Shown: positions 44,701 through 53,255, numbered from the stretch's first letter. The stretch is DNA of 64,000 bases from Thermoanaerobaculia bacterium (GCA_035717485.1 DASTIQ010000315.1:471-64470), one strand, 5' to 3'. Numbers and translations: made by a program. Notes: generated from the letters alone by a model not told the origin.

Positions 44701-45418
44701 TTTCGTGAATGCCGCGCAGGTGATCGTCGACCAGTTCATCGTGTCGGGACGCGAGAAGTGGGCCCAGCCCAGCCGGCTCGTCCTCCTCCTCCCGCACGGC
44801 CAGGAAGGACAGGGACCGGAACATTCCAGCGCGCGGCCCGAGCGGTTCCTCGCGCTCGCCGTGGACGGCAACCTCCAGGTCTGCCAGCCGTCGACGCCGG
44901 CGCAGTATTTCCATCTCCTGCGCCGGCAGGTGCGGAGGCCGGAAGCTTCCCCCCTCGTCGTCCTCACGCCGAAGAGCCTGCTCCGCCTCGCCGCGTCCTT
45001 CTCCGATCGTGCGGAGATGACCGCCGGGCGCTTCGAACCGGTCCTCGGCGACCGCACGATGGCCGGCGCCGATCGCGTGATCCTCTGCAGCGGAAAGGTG
45101 TCCTACGAGCTCGCCGCCGCGCGCGAAAAGAGCGGCGCGCGAGCGGCGATCGTCCGCGTCGAGCAGCTGGCGCCGTTCCCGGCGGCGGAGCTCCGCGCGG
45201 CTCTCGACGCCCATCGGGACGCGACGGATCTCGTCTGGGTGCAGGAGGAGCCGCGCAACATGGGGGCGTGGGCGCACGTCTCGGAGCGGTTCGCCGACGC
45301 CCGCGACGGCCGGACGCTCCGGTACGTCGGACGACCCGCCTCCGCCTCGCCGGCGACGGGATCGGCGCAGGTCTTCCACGAGGAACAGGAGAAGCTCGTC
45401 CAGGAAGCCCTCTCGTAG
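41783..45418 (+). CDS. sucA: 2-oxoglutarate dehydrogenase E1 fused to an N-terminal E2 acyltransferase catalytic domain (OdhA/Kgd type)
   Basis: 1211 aa. SucA-like N-terminus, an Ala/Pro linker, an E2 catalytic domain with the DHRIIQG motif and no lipoyl domain, then the ThDP-dependent E1 body. Confidence 0.85.
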   Translation: MAIVRPPGPGPLEIILAEYGINADYALELYDRWRSDPALVDEDWREYFEGLTGAPARAASPATPSAPVSPAPPAPVSQAPSAAPPPRPAPEPPAGERQPIRGAALQIAQNMKASLEVPTATSQRQVAIKLLDENRRLANEYRASNDESKISFTHLVAWAALRALHDFPRLNDAFTGGPDPARLARTEVHLGIAVDVQKRDGSRSLLVPNIKNAHTMSFGEFVGAMDDVVSRARAGKLALADFQGTTVSLTNPGPMGTTASIARLMPGQGLILATGAIDWPAGFSAMAPEAISNLGISKVMTLSCTYDHRIIQGAESGAFLGRIEELLLGEHGFYEEIFEDLAIPHRPFHWAVDLNPAFGGADVSRLREIENQARVLELINAYRVRGHLVADIDPLRAAPPPRVPELDLETYGLTIWDLDREFITGGLGGSETLPLRKILEIMRRSYCGKIGVEYRFIQDGAEKEWLRRRIGALPEPPPAEVRKQILWKLLSAEVFEKFLHNRFLGQKRFSIEGVETLIPFLDQLVSGAGARGIDEITIGMSHRGRLNVIANVIGRFCERIFASFEGVVHPDFPADEGDVKYHRGAQGARDVGGRRVSIELVPNPSHLEFVDAVVEGIVRARQDKLGGRGPAVWNRVLPVLVHGDAAFAGQGIVAETLNLAQLRGYRTGGTIHVVVNNQIGFTTPPGESRSSLYSTDMAKINQVPIFHVNADEPEAAHRVLQIALDYRQEFHKDAVVDLIGFRRHGHNEGDEPSYTQPVMYRRVREHPGVFALYAKKLVREKVVTEDEVRELEAERLRRYEAALDRAKEIAAGGGAPRWDERPAPAAPPPAPETAIAAEAFDAIGSALAKLPRDFHVNPKVATLLARRGKMARGESPVDWASAEAFAFGSLLREGTPVRLSGEDTSRGTFSQRHMVLHDTVTGARWTPLESVAPGVRFSVFDSALSEAGVLGFEYGYSVEAPETLTLWEAQYGDFVNAAQVIVDQFIVSGREKWAQPSRLVLLLPHGQEGQGPEHSSARPERFLALAVDGNLQVCQPSTPAQYFHLLRRQVRRPEASPLVVLTPKSLLRLAASFSDRAEMTAGRFEPVLGDRTMAGADRVILCSGKVSYELAAAREKSGARAAIVRVEQLAPFPAAELRAALDAHRDATDLVWVQEEPRNMGAWAHVSERFADARDGRTLRYVGRPASASPATGSAQVFHEEQEKLVQEALS

Positions 45419-45439
45419 TTCGACCCGCGGTGTCACGTA

Positions 45440-45470
45440 AAAAAAGGCCCCGGCGTTTCCGCCGGGGCCG
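45440..45470. terminator. Rho-independent terminator (aaaaaaa ggccccggcg-tttc-cgccggggcc), mainly for the minus-strand gene
   Basis: Perfect 10-bp GC stem, tttc loop, A7 tract (T7 on minus strand). Lies between convergent genes. Confidence 0.6.
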
Positions 45471-45492
45471 TCCCATCACCCGATTCGGGATT

Positions 45493-48400
45493 TCAGTGGG
45501 CGACGACGTCGTCGTAGTACGTGTAGGTCGGATCTCCTGCGTAGTTGTCGTCGTGGTTGGAGAGCGTGAGAGTCACGCTGTGCCCGGCGCTGGCCGACGC
45601 GTTGTAGTTGATCTGCGTCCAGGTCGGCGTCGCCGTGCAGACCTTCGCGAGGATCGTGGTCGTGGTCCCCGTCACGTTGTCCTTCAGGGTGGCGGTGGCC
45701 CAGTCGTACGTGAGGGTGTCCGGGCACTTGTTCGCGTACCAGAAGGAGACCGTCGGGCTGCTCGACCCGAGGGTGAACGTCTGCGAGATCGAGCTGTTCG
45801 TCGAGGGCGACGCGCTCCCGACCATGGCTCCGTAGGTCCCCGAGTGCTTGGCCGAGGTGTTGACGGCCGTGACGCCGGCGGAGGTCCAACCGCTGAGCGT
45901 CCCGGTCTCGAATCCGCCGTTGGTGACGACGTTCGTCACCGGGACCGTGACCGTCAGCGAGACGCTGGCGGTGTGCGTGATTCCGCCGCCGCTCCCCGTC
46001 ACGGTGATCGCGTAGGTGCCCGCCGCGGTCGACGCCGCGACCGCCATCGTCATCGTCGACGAGCCCGAGCCCGGCGCCGCGATCGACGTCGGATTGAACG
46101 AGACCGTCACGCCCGAGGGCTGGCCGGACGCCGAGAGCGACACGACGTTGTTGAAGCCGCCGGACACCGTCGTCGAGATCGTCGAGGTCCCGGAGTTCCC
46201 TTGCAGAACCGAAACCGAAGTCGGCGAGGCGGCGATCGTGAAGTTCGGGGTCGCGGCCGCGGTGACCGTGAGCGACACGGAGGTCGTGTGGGTCACGCCG
46301 CCGCCGGTTCCCGTGATCGTGATCGGGTAGGTGCCCGTCGCGGCCGTCGAGCCGACCGTGAACGTCGCCGTGGAAGAACCGGAACCCGGCGCCGCAATCG
46401 ACGTCGGATTGAACGAGACCGTCACGCCCGACGGCTGGCCGGACGCCGAGAGCGACACGGTGTTGTTGAAGCCGCCGGTGACGGCCGTCGAGATCGTGGA
46501 GGCTCCCGACGATCCCTGGACGACGGAAACGGCCGTCGGCGACGCCGAGATCGAGAAGTCGGGCGTGCTGGCCACCGTGAAGACGAGGTCGTCATGATCG
46601 TCGTAGGCGCCCGTGCTGCACGAGGATGCGCTCCCCGTGTACCGGAAGTTCGCGCGGACCGCCTGCAGGCTGCCGCCGGAAGGAAGCGTGTACGTGCCCG
46701 AGAGGACCTGAGAGCCGGCCGCCGTCGGATTGATCGTGCCGATGAGCGTCCAGGCGGGCGCGCTCGCGTTGGCGGCGTAGTACAGGTCGAGGTGATCAGA
46801 CGTGTATCCCGAATACGCCCACACCGTCGCCTGCACGGTCACCGACTTCCCGGGGGCGAAGTTGCTGCCGTCGGTCGTGAAGACCTTCAGCCGGTCGTTG
46901 GATTCGTCGGAATGGAACGTGCCGGAAGTGCCGTCCGCGCACGAGCCGTTGATCGTGTTCGGCTGATTCGGCTCCGGCCCGAGGTTCGCGCGACCGAGGA
47001 GCAGCGAAGTCCCCGAATCGCAGGAGCTCCCCAGCGTCGCGCATTTCGGCGCCTTGAGGGTCGCGTCGTAGGAGGCCGTCAGCGCGCCGGCCGCGGTGAC
47101 CGAGAGCGCGACGCTCGCCGTGTGCGTGACGCCTCCGCCCGAGCCGGTGACGGTGATCGTCGAGTTTCCGACGGCGGCCGAGGAGGCCACCGTCACGGTC
47201 ATCGTCGACGAACCGGTCCCGGGCGCCGCGATCGACGTCGGATTGAACGAGACCGTCACGCCCGAGGGCTGGCCGGACGCCGAGAGCGAGATCGCGTTGT
47301 TGAAGCCGTTCAGCGCGGACGTCGAAACCGTCGACGTGCCGGAGTTCCCCTGGACGATCGAGAGGGAGGCCGGCGAAGCGGACAGCGAGAAGTCCGGGGT
47401 CACGGTCGTCGAGCAGGAGGAGTACTTGAAGTTCCCGATCCGGGTCTGCCAGTGGAACGAATCTCCGTTGCTCGCGTAGTACTCGGTCGTGTACCAGAAG
47501 GTGCAGTCGTCGGACGGATCGACGCTCATGCTCGAGTAGTCGCCCCAGCGGGAGTACGTTCCGGTGTTGACGCCTCCCCCGGCGATCATCGTGCTCTCCC
47601 CCTGCGAGAGCTGTCCCGCGGGGTCGGTGGCGAGGCGTCCGGCGAAACGGATCCCGGGCTTGTTCGAGGAAGCGTCCGAGATGCTGTAGCCGGCGGCGAT
47701 GTTTCCGACGTGATCCATCGCGACGGAACCCATCCAGCGATAGCTCGAATCCGGCGCGAAGGTCCCCTGCTGGAAGATCGAGGGAGAGCTCCCGGGCGAC
47801 CGGATCTCGTACCAGCGGATGCCGCCGCCCGAGCCCGCCGCCACGCTGTGGTCGACGACGAGCGATTCGTACGTGCCCATGTTCCGGTAGGCGAGGCGGT
47901 ACATCAGGCGGTCGGCGAGTGAGTCGAGCTTCTGCGTGGTGCCCGGCTGGGGAACGCACGTCCCGCCGCCGCAGAGGGCCGAATAGCTCGCGACGGCGAG
48001 GCTCGTCGGCCCGGTGAAAGTCGAGTTGGAGGGCGTCGTCCAGTCCACGTGGAAACGCCACAGATTCAGCGAGCTCGTCTGGAGGTCGACGTAGTAGTTC
48101 GGCGAACCTCCGGGGGGAACCGTCGTCCCCGTGACGTCGGACGGCAGGAGGCCGCCGTCGTTGGCCTCGGGGCCGAAGCACTGCGCGGCTTTCGCGGCCG
48201 CGCCCGCGATCATGTCGGTGCGATCGTACGCGCACGCCATGCCGCCGGAGAACGTGCTGCCGTTGGCGAAGATGTTGAACGAGAAATAATACGCATCCGG
48301 CCAGACGCCGATCTTCGGGTAGTCGTTGAAGTTGGACGATCCGAACGAGAAGGAATAGCGGTTCCACGATCCGGTCGGGTCGTTCGTCGAGGAAACCGCG

Positions 48401-49020
48401 ACGCACTGGAGGTAGGGCGTCGAGCTCACGGCGAACTGCGACACGACCCAGCGGTCCGCCGCGCGGTCGTACTTGACGACCGGGTCACCGTCGTTGTTCG
48501 TCTGGCAGCCGCCGCCGAACCCGCTCCACAGCGTGTTGATCGACTCCGGTCCGAGGACGATCGCGCCGCTCTTGCTGAAGACGGTGAGCGAGGAGTTGAC
48601 GGTCTGGACGTAGTGGTTGGGTCCCACGTCGCCGTTCGTGTCGGGAGGCGTGCCACCGGGCGAGAAGCCGGCGAGGCCGGCGCCCATTCCCTCGAAGCTC
48701 GAGGAGGTCGGCATCGCGAGCGTCGCGGCGGACGTCTGCCGAACCGGGTCGGGACGGTTCGACGGCAGATCCAGGGGGATGCGGCCGGGCGAACGATCGA
48801 CGTCCTCCGGCGGGCCGGGAGGAATCGGCGGAATCGCCGCGAGCGGGAGGGAGACGTCGTGGTGAACCGAGGGAATCAGGGTCGCGCCGTTTGGCAGCTT
48901 CCGGCTGCCGGGGATGTCGGAACCGAACGGGACGCCGTTGGCGGCGAGGGCCGCTCCGGCTCCGAAGAGAAAAGCCGCAGCGATCGCCGCGGCTCTTCCC
49001 GCCTTCGACTCGAAATGCAT
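45493..49020 (-). CDS. Large secreted protein with three tandem Ig-like repeats and a C-terminal CBM-like jelly-roll domain
   Basis: 1175 aa, signal peptide. Three repeats of about 100 aa (...FNNxVSLSASGQPSGVTVSFNPTSIAAPGSGSS...). C-terminal GGFETGTLSGW motif. Confidence 0.6.
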   Translation of the reverse strand: MHFESKAGRAAAIAAAFLFGAGAALAANGVPFGSDIPGSRKLPNGATLIPSVHHDVSLPLAAIPPIPPGPPEDVDRSPGRIPLDLPSNRPDPVRQTSAATLAMPTSSSFEGMGAGLAGFSPGGTPPDTNGDVGPNHYVQTVNSSLTVFSKSGAIVLGPESINTLWSGFGGGCQTNNDGDPVVKYDRAADRWVVSQFAVSSTPYLQCVAVSSTNDPTGSWNRYSFSFGSSNFNDYPKIGVWPDAYYFSFNIFANGSTFSGGMACAYDRTDMIAGAAAKAAQCFGPEANDGGLLPSDVTGTTVPPGGSPNYYVDLQTSSLNLWRFHVDWTTPSNSTFTGPTSLAVASYSALCGGGTCVPQPGTTQKLDSLADRLMYRLAYRNMGTYESLVVDHSVAAGSGGGIRWYEIRSPGSSPSIFQQGTFAPDSSYRWMGSVAMDHVGNIAAGYSISDASSNKPGIRFAGRLATDPAGQLSQGESTMIAGGGVNTGTYSRWGDYSSMSVDPSDDCTFWYTTEYYASNGDSFHWQTRIGNFKYSSCSTTVTPDFSLSASPASLSIVQGNSGTSTVSTSALNGFNNAISLSASGQPSGVTVSFNPTSIAAPGTGSSTMTVTVASSAAVGNSTITVTGSGGGVTHTASVALSVTAAGALTASYDATLKAPKCATLGSSCDSGTSLLLGRANLGPEPNQPNTINGSCADGTSGTFHSDESNDRLKVFTTDGSNFAPGKSVTVQATVWAYSGYTSDHLDLYYAANASAPAWTLIGTINPTAAGSQVLSGTYTLPSGGSLQAVRANFRYTGSASSCSTGAYDDHDDLVFTVASTPDFSISASPTAVSVVQGSSGASTISTAVTGGFNNTVSLSASGQPSGVTVSFNPTSIAAPGSGSSTATFTVGSTAATGTYPITITGTGGGVTHTTSVSLTVTAAATPNFTIAASPTSVSVLQGNSGTSTISTTVSGGFNNVVSLSASGQPSGVTVSFNPTSIAAPGSGSSTMTMAVAASTAAGTYAITVTGSGGGITHTASVSLTVTVPVTNVVTNGGFETGTLSGWTSAGVTAVNTSAKHSGTYGAMVGSASPSTNSSISQTFTLGSSSPTVSFWYANKCPDTLTYDWATATLKDNVTGTTTTILAKVCTATPTWTQINYNASASAGHSVTLTLSNHDDNYAGDPTYTYYDDVVAH
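45960..46270. repeat. Intragenic tandem repeat copy (about 310 bp) encoding an Ig-like domain
   Basis: A 75-bp core (cccggcgccgcgatcgacgtcggattgaacgagaccgtcacgcccga...) is nearly identical in three copies. Confidence 0.5.
46270..46575. repeat. Intragenic tandem repeat copy 2
   Basis: Same 75-bp core with 2 mismatches, 314 bp from copy 1. Confidence 0.5.
47100..47410. repeat. Intragenic repeat copy 3
   Basis: Same core at about 47222-47296. Separated from copy 2 by a non-repeat domain of about 170 aa. Confidence 0.5.
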
Positions 49021-49315
49021 CTCCGGTTCTCCTCAATGTTCATTCGGTTGGGGCACCACCAGCCTCGGGCCGGCCGGCTTGGCTCTGGTCCCGACCAGAC
49101 GAGCACGGGAGCGCCCCCCTACGAAAAGCCCGCGGGGGAGACGAAGCTCTCCCGTCGGGCGAGGTTCTCCCCGAGGTACACCGGTCCGAGTGCCGAATGA
49201 ATCGAAACGATCATTGAAAAAATTGCAACGGATTCTACGAGCGTTTCAGACCGAGTCAACACATATTTGCGCAAATCCGCAAACGCCTACAAAAAGCGTG
49301 CCTTATCATCGCCCG

Positions 49316-51004
49316 ATGCTGCCGATTTTCCTCGCGCCGCTCGTTGCGGCCTCCTTCGCTCCGATCCGCGACCGCTACGTCGACCGCTACTTCGCCGCCT
49401 ATCCGACCGCCGCGACCCAGGCGGGCCGACACGAACACGACCGCGAGCTCGAGGACTGGAGTCCGGCGCGGCGCCGCCGCTGGCTCGACGAGAACCGCCG
49501 GACGCTCGCCGCGATCGACGCGTGGGAACGCGCCTCTCCGGGCACCGCCGACGACCGCCTCGACGCGGAAGCGCTCGCCGCGCAGGTCCGGCGCGAGATC
49601 CACGATTTCGCCGTCCGGCGACGTCCGGACCGCGATCCGCTCTGGTGGACGGAACCGATCGGGAACGCCACCGTGTTCCTCCTGATCCGCGACGATCGCC
49701 CCGCCCGCGAGCGGCTCTCCGCCGCGGCCGCGCGCGCAACGCTCCTCCCGAGGCTGGCGGGCGAAGCGGAGAACGCCCTGTCCGCCGCCCCGCCGGGGGA
49801 AATCGCCCCCGAGCTCTGCTCGATCGCCGCCTCGCAGGTCCGCGCGAGCGCCGCCTTCTACCGGGAAGGATTTCCCCGCGTCGATGCCTCCGACGCGGCG
49901 CTTTCGCGCTCCGGCGCGCGCGCCGCGGCCGCGCTCGAGCGGTTCGCCGCGTTCCTCGACGGACTGGGCCGGAAAGCGACGGGCTCACCGCGCCTGGGGA
50001 AGGACTACGCCGAGACGTTCCGGCTCGGCACGGGGATCGCCGAGCCGATCGAGAACGTGCTGGCCGACGCCGAACGCGACCTCGCGGCCAAGCGCGTCGA
50101 GGCGGCCGCCTACGGGAGAACGATCTGGAAAAGCTACTTTCCCGATTCCGCGCCCCCGCCGGACGACCGGGAGCTCCTGCGCCGGCTGTTCTCGCGCGCC
50201 GCCGACGACCACGCCCCGACGGTCGAATCGTTCGTCGCGCAATACCGGGCGCGCGTCGTGGAGCTCGAGCGGTATCTCCGGGAGCGGAAGATCGTCACGC
50301 TCCCCGATCCGCTGACGATCTGGACGGACCGATCCCCTGCGTTCTTCGTCGGGCAGAGCGTCGGCGGAATCTACGCGGCGGGCCCGTGGGAACCCGACGC
50401 GAAGACGCTCTGGTTCCTCCCGACGCCTCCCGAGGGCGCGACGGCGGCGGAACGCGAAGCGTTCTTCCGCGACTTCAACGACCATTTCAACGCGATGATC
50501 ACGCCGCACGAGACGCTTCCGGGCCACTACCTGCAGCTGAAGTTCGCCGCGCGTCACCCGCGGAAGGTCCGCGCGATCTTCGCCGACGGCGTCTTCGTCG
50601 AAGGATGGGGGACGTTCTGCGAGCGGCTGATGCTCGACGAAGGGTGGGGCGGCCCGCTCGACCGCGTCGCGCACCTGAAGAAGCAGATGGAAAACATCGC
50701 GCGAACGATCGCGGACATCCGCGTCCACACGAAGGGGACCTCCCGCGAGGAGCTGACCCGGTTCCTGCGCGACGATGCCGTGCAGGACGCGCAGTTCTCC
50801 TCGAACATGTGGACCCGCGCGATCACGAGCGCGCCTCAACTCACGTTCTACTACCTCGGTTACCGGGAGGTTCGCGGCCTGTTCGACGACGTCCGCCGCG
50901 CGCGCGGGCCCGCCTTCCGCCTGCGCGACTTCATGGACGCGATGATGGAGGACGGCCCGGTGCCGGTCGCGCACTACCGGGAGAAGATGCTGGGAAAACG
51001 GTGA
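49316..51004 (+). CDS. DUF885 family protein (putative metallopeptidase-like)
   Basis: 562 aa starting MLPIFLAPLVAASFA. Size and sequence pattern fit DUF885. Upstream in-frame extension rejected. Confidence 0.55.
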   Translation: MLPIFLAPLVAASFAPIRDRYVDRYFAAYPTAATQAGRHEHDRELEDWSPARRRRWLDENRRTLAAIDAWERASPGTADDRLDAEALAAQVRREIHDFAVRRRPDRDPLWWTEPIGNATVFLLIRDDRPARERLSAAAARATLLPRLAGEAENALSAAPPGEIAPELCSIAASQVRASAAFYREGFPRVDASDAALSRSGARAAAALERFAAFLDGLGRKATGSPRLGKDYAETFRLGTGIAEPIENVLADAERDLAAKRVEAAAYGRTIWKSYFPDSAPPPDDRELLRRLFSRAADDHAPTVESFVAQYRARVVELERYLRERKIVTLPDPLTIWTDRSPAFFVGQSVGGIYAAGPWEPDAKTLWFLPTPPEGATAAEREAFFRDFNDHFNAMITPHETLPGHYLQLKFAARHPRKVRAIFADGVFVEGWGTFCERLMLDEGWGGPLDRVAHLKKQMENIARTIADIRVHTKGTSREELTRFLRDDAVQDAQFSSNMWTRAITSAPQLTFYYLGYREVRGLFDDVRRARGPAFRLRDFMDAMMEDGPVPVAHYREKMLGKR

Positions 51005-51134
51005 GATTGCCGATGCGAGCCCGCCGATGACGGCGCCTCGTGCCACCGGCGGGATCGAAGAAGGACCGGGCTTCGCCGGTTGAGGTCATCGCCAGCGCGG
51101 CTCGGGCCGGGGGGAAGGTGGGTGGCCCGCCGGG

Positions 51135-52124
51135 TCAACCATGGGTCTGGTCCACTCCGGCGACGTCCGCCGCCGGTCGGATCGTGTAGAGAGTCTCTCC
51201 TTCCACGGGATGGCCCGCGTCCGCCCAGCCGTCGAGGCCTCCCTCGAGCGGCCGCACCTTCATGAATCCCTTGTCCATCAGGAGGCGAGCCACACGGGCC
51301 GCCGAGGCTTCGTTCGGTCAGGTGCAGTAGAGGACGATTTCCCGGTCGAGAGGGAGCTGAGCGATCGAGGAGTCGATCTCCTCGAGGACGAGGCGCACCG
51401 CTCCCGGGATCCGCCGCGGATCGCCCTGGACGGCGGCCCGGTTGCGGACGTCGACGATCACCGGCGCCCTTCCGGCGTCGATCAGGCTGCGAAGCTCCGC
51501 CACGGAGATCCGCGCCATCCGGAGGAAGCGGTAGAAGCGCCGCCGTTGCCACCATTTCCACCCGACGAATGCCGCGAGGAGGAGCGCCGCGATCACGAGC
51601 GCCCAGAACCCGAGCCCCTCGAGGAGCTCCGCCACGCGATCGATCGCCCTGTGGAAGACGATTCCGGCGGCCACGCCGGAGCCGGCCCAGACGAGCGCGC
51701 CCCCGGCGTCGAACAGCGCGAAGCGGAGAAACCCGACGCGCAGCGCCCCCGCGAGCGGCGGAGCGACCGTCGAGAACCCGGGGATGAACTTCGCGTAGAG
51801 GAGCGAGCCGACCCCGTGCCGCTCGAAGAGCGACTCCGTCTGGCGCACGCACGAATCGGGAGAAAGCGAGATCCCGCACACCGTCTTCAGGATCCGGTAC
51901 CCGTGCCGGCGTCCGAGGACGTACCAGAGGGAGTCCGCGATCAGTGAGGCGCCGACCGCGAGGGCGAGGAGAGCCACCGTCGACAGACGCCCTCCGGCCG
52001 AGAGCGCGCCCGCCGCGACCAGGGTCGGAATCGCGGGGACCGGGAGACCGAGCTGCTCCAGCAGGACGTTGGCGAAGACGAGCGGCAGACCGTGCCGCGC
52101 GAGCTGCTCGATCAGCGCGTGCAC
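51135..52124 (-). CDS. DedA/SNARE-associated membrane domain fused to a rhodanese domain; in-frame TGA (51318-51320) in the rhodanese active-site loop (possible selenocysteine, or pseudogene)
   Basis: DedA-like N-terminal 200 aa. Rhodanese motif DVRN...IPGAV...IVLYCT-TGA-PNEASAARVARLLMDKGF...GGLDGW continues 60 codons in the same frame to TGA at 51135-51137. The ORF track stops at the internal TGA. Confidence 0.5.
51284..51303 (-). promoter_or_regulatory. Candidate bacterial SECIS-like hairpin 14 nt downstream of the in-frame UGA
   Basis: mRNA GGCGGCC-CGUGU-GGC(U)CGCC: 7-bp GC stem with a bulged U, 5-nt apical loop with G at the second position, about 21 nt from the UGA. Confidence 0.3.
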
Positions 52125-52190
52125 GGCGCAACCCGGGTCGACGCGGCGGGATTTCGGGACAACATCGCGCGGTAGCTTACCGCGGCGGGG

Positions 52191-52355
52191 TCACTCCTCG
52201 GATTGGCCCTCGTGAGTCTCGGGGTCGGAGGCGGGCTCCGAGTAGCCGCACTTCGAGCAGCGGAAGAATTCTTCCACCAGCGCCCTGTCGATGAGCGGAA
52301 CGAGGAACACCTCTCCGCACTGAGGGCATTTCTTGGCGATTCGCGGCTCGCTCAT
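52191..52355 (-). CDS. Small zinc-ribbon protein (54 aa, CPQCG...CSKCG)
   Basis: GGGGAGG Shine-Dalgarno 6 nt upstream of ATG. Two CxxC pairs. 66 nt upstream of and co-directional with the DedA-rhodanese gene. Confidence 0.4.
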   Translation of the reverse strand: MSEPRIAKKCPQCGEVFLVPLIDRALVEEFFRCSKCGYSEPASDPETHEGQSEE

Positions 52356-52534
52356 GGACGGCCTCCCCATCCGACCGTCGATCAAAAGTTGTATTTGTTC
52401 GCTAACCGCAATCCGCACGCCAAGGCGGTATTGCAGAATTTTACTTCTATTTCAACGATTTAGAACGCAATCCCGGCGGGCGCCGATTGATTTTCTGTCA
52501 GCCGCCCGATCCCGGCGGTGACAAAAAGACGCAC

Positions 52535-53215
52535 TCAGCCCCCGCCGGCAGCGGCGATGTGTCGCGCCCTCCGGGCGCGGTGTTCGGCGACCGCGAAGAC
52601 CAGCGTCAGCCAGGCGAAGCCGATCGTCCAGCCGCCCAGGACGTCCGTCGGCCAGTGAACGCCCAGCGCCACGCGGGACGACCCGACGAGGACGACGGCC
52701 GCAAATCCCGTGGCGAGGTACGCGGCGGCATGACGTCCCCGTTTCGCCGAGGCGGCCGCAAGGCCGGCGACCGAACCGAAGAACGCCGCGGACAATGCCG
52801 AATGGCCGCTGGGAAACGAGTATCCGATCGCGTGGGCGAGCGGATCGAAGAGCCCCGGCCGCGCCCGATGGAAGAAACGCTTGAAGAGCTGCACCCAGAT
52901 GACCGCGCCCGCAATGGACACGAGGAAAGCCCGAAGGCGGCGCCACGCCCGGATCCGGCCGAGGAAGAGAGCCACCGCGAGCGATCCGGCGGCGATGAAG
53001 GTCGTGCTCCCGAAGAAGGAGACGACGCGGAGGGCCGCCGTGAGCGGCGCGGCGATCCAACCGTGCACGCCGAGCTCGATCCGGCGATCGAGCGGCCCTC
53101 CGAGAGGAAGGCGCGCGGCCGCCCGCGCGAGCGCGGTGAAGGCGACCGCGAGAACGGCCGCGATCGCGAAGAGGCTCTCCGCCTGATGCCAGGCGCGCGG
53201 ACTCGGGCGCGTCAC
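52535..53215 (-). CDS. PAP2 family phosphatase (phosphatidic acid phosphatase type 2 / undecaprenyl-PP phosphatase-like)
   Basis: Motifs KRFFHRARP, PSGHS and SRVALGVHWPTDV in a multi-TM protein. Confidence 0.7.
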   Translation of the reverse strand: MTRPSPRAWHQAESLFAIAAVLAVAFTALARAAARLPLGGPLDRRIELGVHGWIAAPLTAALRVVSFFGSTTFIAAGSLAVALFLGRIRAWRRLRAFLVSIAGAVIWVQLFKRFFHRARPGLFDPLAHAIGYSFPSGHSALSAAFFGSVAGLAAASAKRGRHAAAYLATGFAAVVLVGSSRVALGVHWPTDVLGGWTIGFAWLTLVFAVAEHRARRARHIAAAGGG

Positions 53216-53255
53216 GCGGGCGAGCTCATGCCGGAATCTCGGCGCCCGAGCCGGG

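Noticed and set aside
44554-47922. 1122-aa plus-strand ORF antisense to the large secreted protein, and small ORFs 46016..46330, 46331..46597, 47096..47479
   Set aside because: Artefactual. The small ORFs simply mirror the intragenic repeats of the minus-strand gene.
51318-51320. Treating the TGA at 51318 as the true end of the DedA-like gene
   Set aside because: Not rejected outright but considered less likely as a functional design. The rhodanese domain would be cut in its active-site loop, while 60 downstream codons remain intact in frame. Nonsense mutation or sequencing error remain live alternatives to Sec and are carried in the finding.
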